A stretch of DNA of 64,000 nt from Candidatus Bathyarchaeota archaeon (GTDB taxonomy: Archaea; Thermoproteota; Bathyarchaeia; 40CM-2-53-6), in the NCBI GenBank assembly GCA_963733055.1, contig CAVTBR010000001.1:1508809-1572808 (forward strand), written 5' to 3'. Positions 42,163 through 50,331 of this stretch are shown here, in pieces. The notes beneath the pieces are model-generated. The model was not told the DNA's origin. It made no database searches and worked only from the letters and a program-made list of their open reading frames with translations. The translations under genes were made by a program, and so were the position numbers. Numbering within the stretch: the stretch's first letter is position 1; every line of letters starts with the position of its first letter.

Positions 42163-43083
42163 ATGGTAACGCTAAAGGAATTACAGGTCGAAGAACTCTA
42201 CGGCCCAGGCCATCGTATGTGCGCTGGCTGCGGCGGCGCCGTCACCGCAAGAATGACCATGAAAGCGTTGAACCGGCCAACATACGTCGTAAACGCAACC
42301 GGCTGCATGGAAGTTGCCACCACCATTTACCCCTTCACCGCATGGCGAGTCCCATGGGTCCACGGCCTGTTCGAGAACGCCCCCGCCATCGCAAGCGGAA
42401 TGGAAACCTACCTCAAGGCAAAGAACGACGGCAATCTCCAAGCCGACATCATAATCTTCGGAGGCGACGGCGGAACATTCGACATCGGCCTCCAAGCGCT
42501 CTCAGGCGCATTTGAAAGAAGACACGACTTCGTATATGTGTGCTACGACAACGAAGCTTATATGAACACTGGAGTGCAACGGTCGAGCGCAACTCCTGAA
42601 GGGGCGTGGACGACTACGACTCCCGTTGGTGTTGCGTCTCCGGGTAAGATCGGGCCGAAGAAGGATCTAGTTGCCTTCTCCTTAGCTCATCGCGTCGACT
42701 ATGTGGCCACCGCCTGCACAACGTACTGGAGTGATTTCATCACCAAGGTTCGGAAGGCCGCGGAAGTCGATGGCCCCGCCCTGATTCATGCAATTGCCCC
42801 GTGCCCTCTGGGATGGCGCTTCCCGACCGACCAAACGATTCAGATGGGACGACTAGCCGTGCAAAGCCGATACTTCCCGCTCTACGAAGTTGAGAGGGGC
42901 AAATATAAGATGAGCATCAACCCACACCAAGTCCCGGTTGAAGACTTCCTGCGCCTGCAAGGCCGCTTCAACCACCTCTTCCAACCACAATACGCCCAGG
43001 AGCTTACGGCGTTGAAGACCCAAGTTGAACAGCGTTGGGCAGCGTTACAGGATCTCTGCCAGGGAAAGCATCCCACGTGGTAA
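42163..43083 (+). CDS. porB: Oxidoreductase beta subunit (TPP-binding)
   Basis: GHRMCAGCG, GGDGG..DIG, YDNEAYMNTG, PCPLGW. Confidence 0.92.
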   Translation: MVTLKELQVEELYGPGHRMCAGCGGAVTARMTMKALNRPTYVVNATGCMEVATTIYPFTAWRVPWVHGLFENAPAIASGMETYLKAKNDGNLQADIIIFGGDGGTFDIGLQALSGAFERRHDFVYVCYDNEAYMNTGVQRSSATPEGAWTTTTPVGVASPGKIGPKKDLVAFSLAHRVDYVATACTTYWSDFITKVRKAAEVDGPALIHAIAPCPLGWRFPTDQTIQMGRLAVQSRYFPLYEVERGKYKMSINPHQVPVEDFLRLQGRFNHLFQPQYAQELTALKTQVEQRWAALQDLCQGKHPTW

Positions 43084-43102
43084 AGTTACAGGGAATGGTT
43101 CG

Positions 43103-43255
43103 ATGAGTGGAGGTGATGGATTCTTGGGTACGATCGGCAGGTGCGCCGAATGCCGGGATTGTTACGGGGACGACTGCGCAGTATGCACGATTTGCGGAGC
43201 CGGTCTTCACGAAGTGTGCCTGCACTGCCCTCCTAGCCTAACGCTCAGCGGATAA
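43103..43255 (+). CDS. Tiny Cys-rich protein
   Basis: CAECRDC...CAVCTICG...CLHC in 50 aa. Confidence 0.4.
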   Translation: MSGGDGFLGTIGRCAECRDCYGDDCAVCTICGAGLHEVCLHCPPSLTLSG

Positions 43256-43322
43256 ATCGTTCTCCGCTGGGATTGAGGGTCGGATAAACCGTTTAAGGTA
43301 GAGTAGGTTTTGTACGTCTTTA

Positions 43323-43436
43323 GGGCCGGTAGTTCAGCCTGGTATGCCCATATCCCGTAAGGGGCCAAAGAACGTCCGGTTCGCATCCACGCTAAGAAAA
43401 ACCGGAAGGCCGCGGGTTCAAATCCCGCCCGGTCCA
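43323..43436 (+). tRNA. tRNA-Ala(CGC) with two introns (43346-43369 in the D-loop; 43386-43400 at 37/38)
   Basis: G3-U70 acceptor GGGCCGG/CCGGTCC; BHB TGGT/GCCA with ATG and AAG bulges; anticodon arm TCCGG-TT-CGC-A..A-CCGGA. Confidence 0.9.
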
Positions 43437-43483
43437 CTATCAACTGAATATAGGCTGTCGGAAAATTATTCCGGAGGATGAAC

Positions 43484-43521
43484 TCTTAGGCCATAAGACG
43501 AGTTCTTCTTAGGCCCGCAGA
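43484..43521 (+). repeat. Left subterminal tandem boxes
   Basis: TCTTAGGCCATAAGA (43484-43498) and TCTTAGGCCCGCAGA (43507-43521), 23-bp period. Confidence 0.85.
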
Positions 43522-43550
43522 ATCCGTCATGGTTTATGAATATGTGATAT

Positions 43551-43861
43551 GCGGCCTTAATGTGTCGAAAGGCGGCTCGCGCCGTGCGTTCGTTACGCAT
43601 CGCGGGTACCTGAGACTAAAGGAAGACCCAGTATTCATCCGGGCCCCTAGTGGCTTAGTGGATCGCTCTGCTGTCGTCTCCTGAGCAACGTGCGTCCCGT
43701 TTCCGGGCAGGGTTTCGGGCGCGAAGCTTCAGGAGATGGTACGAATGGTAGAGACAAGCACAAGTGAAAATAGAAAACTAGATGATCACCAGGCCGTTGC
43801 GGTTGGGGCAAGGAATCCGTATCCCGTTCTCAGTTGCTTGCCTCAAAGAGTGGTTACTGGG
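43551..43861 (+). ncRNA. Candidate structured ncRNA inside the transposon left end
   Basis: At least six helices with plus-strand G-U pairs, a GAAA tetraloop and two possible pseudoknots; TTTATG box upstream. Confidence 0.55.
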
Positions 43862-43880
43862 CTAATTCCCTCGATTATGG

Positions 43881-43930
43881 GGTCACATGGAAATCATTTT
43901 ATAGTCATATCACATAGTTACCATGTGACC
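43881..43930. promoter_or_regulatory. Transposase promoter flanked by a 10-bp inverted repeat (putative operator)
   Basis: GGTCACATGG (43881-43890) and CCATGTGACC (43921-43930) surround TTTTATA; followed by a leader hairpin and GGAGG. Confidence 0.6.
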
Positions 43931-43985
43931 ATCAAATGGGCGGGCAGGGTTGCACCCCTACCCACCCTGAAAGGAGGTCGAAACC

Positions 43986-45032
43986 ATGGAAGGAAACGAC
44001 TCCTCAAGGAAAAAATGCGGGAAGATTAGCCTCTCCGACCCCTCCATAGGGCTCCTGTTCACCAGCATCGATCTAGAATGGGCTGAGGTTGTCGTAGCGA
44101 CCAAGTATTCACTTCTCAAACGGCGACCCCGAGTCGAAGCGAAACCACAGATTCTTGCGCACCTCTTCAAGGCACTCCGCCAGATCAAATCGTTTAGGAA
44201 GCTGGAGGAAGAACTCGGTGAAAATGATGGACTTTGGGCCCATATGCTCGGCTTCGAGAAGCCGCCTAAGCACCAAAGTTTTTCAGATTTTCGGAGAAGA
44301 GTAGGTTCAGTACTTTTCATCGAAATCCTCCGAGAACTGCGCACACGTCTCGTTGAGCTGAAACCAGATCTAGCGGAAATTGTGGTCTTAGATTCAACCA
44401 ATATTCCAGCATACGCGAAGCCTGGAAGAGGCCGAAGAAAGTCGTCTGACAAAGACGCCAAGTGGGGAATCCGCATCAATCCGAAGACGGGTAAGAAGGA
44501 ATACTTCTTCGGACACAAGCTTCACATGGCTCTCTCTGCCAAATATGGTGCGCCTCTCGAAGTTCGAGTGACGCCTGGCAAATGTGCTGACAGCCCAGAA
44601 TTTCCCAAACTCCTTCAATCTCTCTCCGAGGCAAACGTGCATTTTGGTGTGGCCGTGGCTGACGCGGGTTACGATGCCCGAACTAACTACTACGCGGCGA
44701 TTAGGCACAAAGCGAAACCAATAATCGCATTCAATCGCCGAGGTAAACCCGCAGGCACAACAGGAAGATCGCTCGACCACGAAATGCCAGTTCTGCGTCA
44801 CTCCAAAGAGTGGAAACAATTCTATGCAATGAGAGGAGCCATTGAGCGACAATTCTCCGAACTCAAAGAACAGCTAGGAATGAGGCTCCTGACGCTACGA
44901 GGCCTAGAGCGCGTCACAATCCACCTCTACCTCTCTCTAATCGTTCTGCTTGCAATCAATCTTGTCGCTCACCTAACAGGGAATCCAGAACTCCTGCGTT
45001 CAATCGAACCGTGGAGGTACAGCGATGTCTGA
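43986..45032 (+). CDS. DDE transposase (IS5/IS1182-like, IS4 superfamily)
   Basis: VLDST, DAKWG...FFGHKLH, ADAGYD, Y..R..IERQFSELK. Confidence 0.93.
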   Translation: MEGNDSSRKKCGKISLSDPSIGLLFTSIDLEWAEVVVATKYSLLKRRPRVEAKPQILAHLFKALRQIKSFRKLEEELGENDGLWAHMLGFEKPPKHQSFSDFRRRVGSVLFIEILRELRTRLVELKPDLAEIVVLDSTNIPAYAKPGRGRRKSSDKDAKWGIRINPKTGKKEYFFGHKLHMALSAKYGAPLEVRVTPGKCADSPEFPKLLQSLSEANVHFGVAVADAGYDARTNYYAAIRHKAKPIIAFNRRGKPAGTTGRSLDHEMPVLRHSKEWKQFYAMRGAIERQFSELKEQLGMRLLTLRGLERVTIHLYLSLIVLLAINLVAHLTGNPELLRSIEPWRYSDV

Positions 45033-45525
45033 TCGAGAATGCCGCTGGACATTAGGCGTCCAGGTGAACAGAAAGATCGGAGAGAAAGTCTACCCGAGCC
45101 TCAGAATTTACGTACCCAGCGCCGACAGCGAGCTACTCCTCAAGCGGCTGCAAGCCGAAGGAGGCGAAGCCGCAAAACTATACTTCAACGCCAAGATCAA
45201 CGGCTCAACAATCACGCTACGACAAGTTAAACTCCAAACACAAACGAAGGCCGCCCGTCCCAGCCTGACAGAGCGAGCGGACCAAATAATCACGATCATC
45301 GCTCAACAAGGAGGAACCACAACCTGGCCCGCCGTGCGAGAAAAACTCGGATTACCCCCTGAAAGCATGCCTGGCCCATTCCTCGTCAAACAACTCAGAG
45401 ACAGAGGACTCCTAACAATTAAGAACCCGAAGACATCAACAATGACCTGGAAGCTCATAAACAGGCAAAAACTGAACGGATGGACAAGTATTCAAACGAC
45501 TAAGCATGAAGTGCAAGAAAGGTAA
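45025..45525 (+). CDS. Transposase-coupled putative DNA-binding protein (AbrB-like N-terminus, winged-helix C-terminus)
   Basis: Overlaps the transposase stop; YPSLRIYVP; IITIIAQQGG..W..VREKLG...LVKQLRDRGLL. Confidence 0.55.
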   Translation: MSDRECRWTLGVQVNRKIGEKVYPSLRIYVPSADSELLLKRLQAEGGEAAKLYFNAKINGSTITLRQVKLQTQTKAARPSLTERADQIITIIAQQGGTTTWPAVREKLGLPPESMPGPFLVKQLRDRGLLTIKNPKTSTMTWKLINRQKLNGWTSIQTTKHEVQER

Positions 45526-45558
45526 CTCGCCCACCATCATCTGGGAAGTGAATGAACT

Positions 45559-46479
45559 CTGGCTACGAATATTGAGCAACGGAGCAAACGCGAAACCGAA
45601 ACAGTAACCAGACTTAAGATCGCAAATACGCGAACCTGTGATTGCCCAGACAATCACATAAACTGCATGACCGCAAAGGAATGGATTAAAGCACAGATTG
45701 GCGTCTGGCAGGTTTTTTACGAGACACGGGACACACGTGACAAAGATATCCATCCAGCCGTAATGCCCATTTCACTTGCAAAACGTGCCATCGGGCTATT
45801 CACTCACAAGGGCGAACTCGTGGTCGACCCATTCAATGGGATAGGCACAACTCTTCTAGCGGCCAAGGACTTAGACAGAAATGCTGTCGGTTTCGACATC
45901 AATTCACGCTATTGCAAAGTCTCCGAAGAACGCTTAGCCCAGACTAAGCTGACGGCATCAGCGATGCAAATAGTTGTTTGCGACGATGCCCGCAATATTC
46001 CGCATTATTTCGAAAATGAAAGCATCCAACTGCTTTTCACTTCTCCTCCTTATGCAAACCTGTTGAATCGTCGTCGTCTTAACAAGAGTAGGAGAGGTGA
46101 TTTGCGGAAGAACGATCAGTTTCTACGAGTTGAACAATACAGTCAAGATGAACGCGACTTGGGAACATTAACGATTGAACGGTATGCAGAACAGATTAAG
46201 GAAATCTACGGAGAATTGTTTCCACTTCTTGTGCCAGGCGGGCATAGTGTTATCAACGTTCCTGACATGTGGTGGAGCGACGGAAAATTCGGAAAGAGAA
46301 TACCGATACACATCTATGTCTACCACGCAATGCTGGATACTGGTTATGAACTGCGCAACACGATAATCTGGGACCGAACCAACATAGTTAATCGAGTTGG
46401 CATATTCGGATGGCCATCGAACTACATCACGATGGGTACAACATTCGAATACCTCTTGGACTTCTGGAAGCCGCTCTAA
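45559..46479 (+). CDS. N4-cytosine/N6-adenine DNA methyltransferase (inferred CTG start; first ATG 45667)
   Basis: HPA, DPFNGIGTT, then TSPPY; partner of the convergent MvaI-like REase. Confidence 0.9.
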   Translation: MATNIEQRSKRETETVTRLKIANTRTCDCPDNHINCMTAKEWIKAQIGVWQVFYETRDTRDKDIHPAVMPISLAKRAIGLFTHKGELVVDPFNGIGTTLLAAKDLDRNAVGFDINSRYCKVSEERLAQTKLTASAMQIVVCDDARNIPHYFENESIQLLFTSPPYANLLNRRRLNKSRRGDLRKNDQFLRVEQYSQDERDLGTLTIERYAEQIKEIYGELFPLLVPGGHSVINVPDMWWSDGKFGKRIPIHIYVYHAMLDTGYELRNTIIWDRTNIVNRVGIFGWPSNYITMGTTFEYLLDFWKPL

Positions 46480-46483
46480 AGAG

Positions 46484-47263
46484 TCAGAATATTTGCTGCA
46501 CGATTCCATAGAAATCATTCCACATGTTCCTTCTCATTCGGAACTTTGTTCCGTGATTATGAGAACTACTTGCATCGAAGTCTACCAACACTGTTCCTTT
46601 TTCGATAGCTTCTAAGAAGTTACTAAAGCCAAAATGCCCTAACATAACGCAGCTATCGTACTTGAACTCCTCTTTCTCGTCTGTTGTTCTGCTCGCGGCT
46701 TCGATGTAGAATGAATTAGTCAGCTTCTTCCGAGTAATTCCATCTAGAAGATCGAAGGACCATTGAGGTTCCGGATTAATCGATCCTAATCCCACCCTAC
46801 GCCTCACAGTCTCTAGCCACTGGGCATGTTTAGGGTCAGTTTGCTCATGTTCGAAATCTATTCGGACGAGCTTTTGGTCACGATCAACGACGACCTTGAA
46901 TCCACGGTCGGTGTAATTGACGGCGGATATGGTTTGGCGGAAACTGTTTTCTTTGGGTTTCGTAGCGTGGGGCCAGCCGTACTTTGGCAGAAGGACTCTC
47001 TCAACAATTTTCTCCCTCGGATACGGCTCGAAGTGAAAAAGTGTCGTTAGCGAACCGGATTCGCGACGTTGAGCCTTAAGTTCCCAAGCGCCTGCGTTTG
47101 CGATGGGCAGATTGTTTTCTTTTATGCCTAGTAAGTCTTCCAGCGTGTTGCCCACGGAACCTACGTTAGTTTTTGCGCGATGGCTCGGAATCCAACCCAT
47201 ATCTTTGATCTTGCGTAGTTCTGAGATGAACTCGGCCTTGGAATATTTTCGACTTGCTAACAA
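46484..47263 (-). CDS. MvaI/BcnI-family type II restriction endonuclease
   Basis: G.VGNTLEDLLGIKENN, ELKA.R, LTTLF..EP, HNHGTKFR. Confidence 0.88.
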   Translation of the reverse strand: MLASRKYSKAEFISELRKIKDMGWIPSHRAKTNVGSVGNTLEDLLGIKENNLPIANAGAWELKAQRRESGSLTTLFHFEPYPREKIVERVLLPKYGWPHATKPKENSFRQTISAVNYTDRGFKVVVDRDQKLVRIDFEHEQTDPKHAQWLETVRRRVGLGSINPEPQWSFDLLDGITRKKLTNSFYIEAASRTTDEKEEFKYDSCVMLGHFGFSNFLEAIEKGTVLVDFDASSSHNHGTKFRMRRNMWNDFYGIVQQIF

Positions 47264-47313
47264 GAGCGTGATTTAGGGCGGTTGTATCAAATTTAACAGT
47301 ATGGAATTTCTCC

Positions 47314-47661
47314 TCATTGACCTCTCCACTTTGTTAGTCTGGATTGGAATTCGTTAACTGCCTGTGGGTTTATCGGCGTAAATTGACCTTGTAATCTTCC
47401 TTTGGAGGTTCTGGAAACAATGAAATCTCCCAGTAGTGCATTTCGGAACGAAATCTCTCTGAGTTCCCCGTCTTTCATTTCGTGCAGCAGGGAAACAAGG
47501 TCAATTGTGAAAGCGTCAAAACGCTGGACAAATAATCTCTTCTTGGTTCTGGTGTTGGTGGTGATGTGAATGTCTTTGGAGGTTAAAATATATGGCAGCG
47601 CGTTTACCTCGGACTCGGAAAGCACAATCGATTCGGGTGCGGGAGCCAAATGAATACCCAT
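47314..47661 (-). CDS. Hypothetical protein
   Basis: 115-aa ORF filling the intergenic space; no motif recognised. Confidence 0.45.
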   Translation of the reverse strand: MGIHLAPAPESIVLSESEVNALPYILTSKDIHITTNTRTKKRLFVQRFDAFTIDLVSLLHEMKDGELREISFRNALLGDFIVSRTSKGRLQGQFTPINPQAVNEFQSRLTKWRGQ

Positions 47662-47739
47662 CTCAAAGCAAATAGGTTAGGGTGAATAGATTAACTTCAT
47701 TGGATTTGGGTTCGGTAGACTTAGGAGATTGAACGAAGC

Positions 47740-48090
47740 ATGTCCCTGGTCGATAGTCTGAATTTCTATCCCTATTATGAACATCTCTTGAAAGAGAGAC
47801 GAAAAACCAAGACCGTTCGGTTGGGAGACCAGGTATCGAAATATCACAACGGCGCGATAGTCAAGCTGACATGTGGCTGGAACCCTACCGACGCCGTCGT
47901 GCTAGCTAAAATCAAAATAATGGATGTTTTTTCAGCGCCAATAGCCTCTCTGAAAGATGAGGATTTACTAGGCGAGAGTCCTGACTGCTTGACTGTTGTC
48001 GCGGTACCATATGTCTTGTCGGCAATCTACAGAAAGGTTGTGAACGAGAGCGATGTCGTCACTGTGATTCGGTGGGCGTATGTCGACTGA
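47740..48090 (+). CDS. ASCH-domain protein
   Basis: LNF...Y..LL..RRKTKTVRLG, C-terminal VTVIRW. Confidence 0.8.
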   Translation: MSLVDSLNFYPYYEHLLKERRKTKTVRLGDQVSKYHNGAIVKLTCGWNPTDAVVLAKIKIMDVFSAPIASLKDEDLLGESPDCLTVVAVPYVLSAIYRKVVNESDVVTVIRWAYVD

Positions 48091-49156
48091 TACTCCGCTT
48101 GTACTTATCACATCAACTCGATGGCCATACCTCCGAGATATACTGGACATAATGTTTCTTCCTTCGCATCTCACCTACCGTTTCAGATACTCGCCCTCCT
48201 ATGTTCCACCTCAAATTTTCACAAACCCTGCTAGTCTCACCAAGCGGAAGGGCTACATCGTTCACGCTAATACACGACAAAGACCACATCTGAAAGATGC
48301 ACTTCTGGAATTTCTTCCTATCAGAGAAGTCACAATTAGAGACGCGAAACAATTTGGGCAGTTCTTGTGGATCCATTTCGAGCTGGGCAATTGGGTAATT
48401 TACAAAGCGCCTAGTAGTTCACAACCCAATGAATACGATAAAACGTTACGCGGCGTCACCCCTAAAGGCTCTCGCAATATCGTGACTCTTACACTCTATG
48501 AAGCCCCGTCTCTGAAATTAGAAACACTTCCAGATGATCCATCTGGACGTTCAGAGCAAGTCGCGAGCAACTGGATGCAAATTGTGAAACGGATGAAAGA
48601 GTTCGAAGGGCATAAGAACTATGAACCAACCTACTTGAAACTCTTAGCCCTGAAAAATATAACATGTGAAAATGCTGTTGTCCCTGGCTTAATTTCGGGT
48701 CTAGATAGCGGGTACAAGCTACAATCCGGTAATGATTATCGTTTGGAAGTCTTGGAGTACAATCCGTATCGCGTTCCGGACGAACCGTTTCCTTTGAAAC
48801 TGAAGTTTGACGAAAATAGAATCGTCCCGCTGGTGAATGAAGCCACAATTCTGGGTGGTTACGACTTTCTCATCACATCCTTTCGACCGACAGCTACACT
48901 GAGTCCGTATCGGACAATCCTACATGTCCAAGTTGAATCTGCAAACAAAATGAAGGTAGCAGTGAGTTTACACGCAAAGATATTGAGGAGCAGTAGTCGA
49001 ATGATCTCTGCGGTATGTGTAGCGGTTGGTATTGGCCTATCAACCGTTGCACCAAGCATAGCGGAAGGCCACCTTACCATCGACTATGCACTCGTGGGCA
49101 CGCTCGTCGCGGTTGCTGGGTTCATTTCCCTCTTATGGAGCGGTGAACGACCCTAA
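48080..49156 (+). CDS. Hypothetical protein with two C-terminal TM helices, coupled to the ASCH gene
   Basis: Overlaps the ASCH stop; hydrophobic C-terminus. Confidence 0.65.
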   Translation: MSTDTPLVLITSTRWPYLRDILDIMFLPSHLTYRFRYSPSYVPPQIFTNPASLTKRKGYIVHANTRQRPHLKDALLEFLPIREVTIRDAKQFGQFLWIHFELGNWVIYKAPSSSQPNEYDKTLRGVTPKGSRNIVTLTLYEAPSLKLETLPDDPSGRSEQVASNWMQIVKRMKEFEGHKNYEPTYLKLLALKNITCENAVVPGLISGLDSGYKLQSGNDYRLEVLEYNPYRVPDEPFPLKLKFDENRIVPLVNEATILGGYDFLITSFRPTATLSPYRTILHVQVESANKMKVAVSLHAKILRSSSRMISAVCVAVGIGLSTVAPSIAEGHLTIDYALVGTLVAVAGFISLLWSGERP

Positions 49157-49177
49157 ACGTTCGAACAGTCGCTCGAT

Positions 49178-50311
49178 CTAAATGGACCTCATAGCCCTAC
49201 TAATGAAACTCCGAGAACTGAACATCTGCCAATCTGACGTTCTCTGGGACCTCGGAATACACCATCTCGTTTTCCAGTATTCGAACAATCTCTGGAAGGG
49301 ATGAGAAATCCATTCAGGTCTACTATTTTCATGTATAACCTGCTCTAGGTTCTTGACATGCGGGAACAAGTAGAATCCTCTCCGAATATTGTTCTCGCAA
49401 TACCCACGCAGGTTGAGAAGCTGAAACGCTTGATGAATTAGAACCCGCTTACGTGAAGGTCCCGATCCGTAACCCCTGGTTGTATCAATCTCTTTTGACT
49501 CTAAGAACGCTACTATATCCTTGAAATGTTTATCCGAGACATGAAACGTCCCAGACCCCGCTGTGTAACCTAAGAATGAGCAGACTTTTTGTTCTTGGAG
49601 TCTGAGTCTTTCGTAGACGCTACTCTTGCCGTATGCACCTGTCGTGGAGACGAAAAGAAGACGTGGCGGTATGCTTCGGCTGCGGATGATGGTTTTGCTT
49701 CCATAATATTTTCGTCTGTAGCTGTTGCGTAACTCTTCGGTCACGAGAGAAAGTGCCATCATTTTGGCTCCTAGAAGTCTGTTGTATGGTGGTAGCGCCC
49801 CGACTCTCTGGGCGTATAGAGATTGGTTGATCCAATAGTCAAGATCTTCTTTCTCTATCCCGAGATATTTGTCGCGCACTCCCATTCTCAAAGGGGGACT
49901 TTGCAGCAGGAGTAGACCAAAGGGGGCGTCGTGATATGTATCCCACGCCAAGAATCGCATCTGGCGTCCTACGGGTTGCTCAAAGGGGAGACTCCACCAC
50001 ATCAAGTTCCACCAGAAAAAGATCCTGGAAGTAATAGCACTGGAACTTGGTTTTTCGATTTCTAGAAGTTGCAGTCTGATTTTCTCTGGTTGAACATCTC
50101 GCCCATCAATTGCGTATTCTTTTACAGCTGGAAGTGACTCTTCAAGCAATTTCCTGTGTTGTTTCAGCCTCTCAAGTCTACGTGTAGCATGGACACTCTT
50201 TAGGTAGGTCTTGGAGACATGTGCAGGTCTAAGATGAGGATTGTAGAGGAATCCCTGGGAGACGACGCTCCTGACGAGCCTCCGTCGGAGTAGCCGCGCT
50301 TCCCGGTTCAA
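49178..50311 (-). CDS. DUF4338 / Druantia DruA-like protein
   Basis: WSLP....GR.MRF..WD, RD.YLG, GALPPYN.LLG.K, TT.AYG.SSVY.RL, G.T.G.G.FH. Confidence 0.8.
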   Translation of the reverse strand: MNREARLLRRRLVRSVVSQGFLYNPHLRPAHVSKTYLKSVHATRRLERLKQHRKLLEESLPAVKEYAIDGRDVQPEKIRLQLLEIEKPSSSAITSRIFFWWNLMWWSLPFEQPVGRQMRFLAWDTYHDAPFGLLLLQSPPLRMGVRDKYLGIEKEDLDYWINQSLYAQRVGALPPYNRLLGAKMMALSLVTEELRNSYRRKYYGSKTIIRSRSIPPRLLFVSTTGAYGKSSVYERLRLQEQKVCSFLGYTAGSGTFHVSDKHFKDIVAFLESKEIDTTRGYGSGPSRKRVLIHQAFQLLNLRGYCENNIRRGFYLFPHVKNLEQVIHENSRPEWISHPFQRLFEYWKTRWCIPRSQRTSDWQMFSSRSFISRAMRSI

Positions 50312-50331
50312 TTCAATTCAACAGAAAAATG

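Noticed and set aside
43632-43836. Short matches between the candidate ncRNA and the target site (TATTCA, TAGTGGATCG versus TAGTGGACCG, TCAGTTG)
   Set aside because: Matches of 6-10 nt are scattered and near chance level, so they are not evidence of RNA guidance without covariation data
43609-43907. Group I intron (IStron-like) reading of the candidate ncRNA, from CTGAGACTAAA and TATAGTC
   Set aside because: No convincing P, Q, P3 or P1 elements; the S-like motif overlaps the transposase TATA box and lacks the following C
43736-44029. 97-aa ORF upstream of the transposase
   Set aside because: No motif; it runs through the structured region, the promoter inverted repeat and the transposase start
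49178-50311. Complete Druantia system
   Set aside because: Only a DruA-like gene is present; no DruE helicase or DruB-D seen
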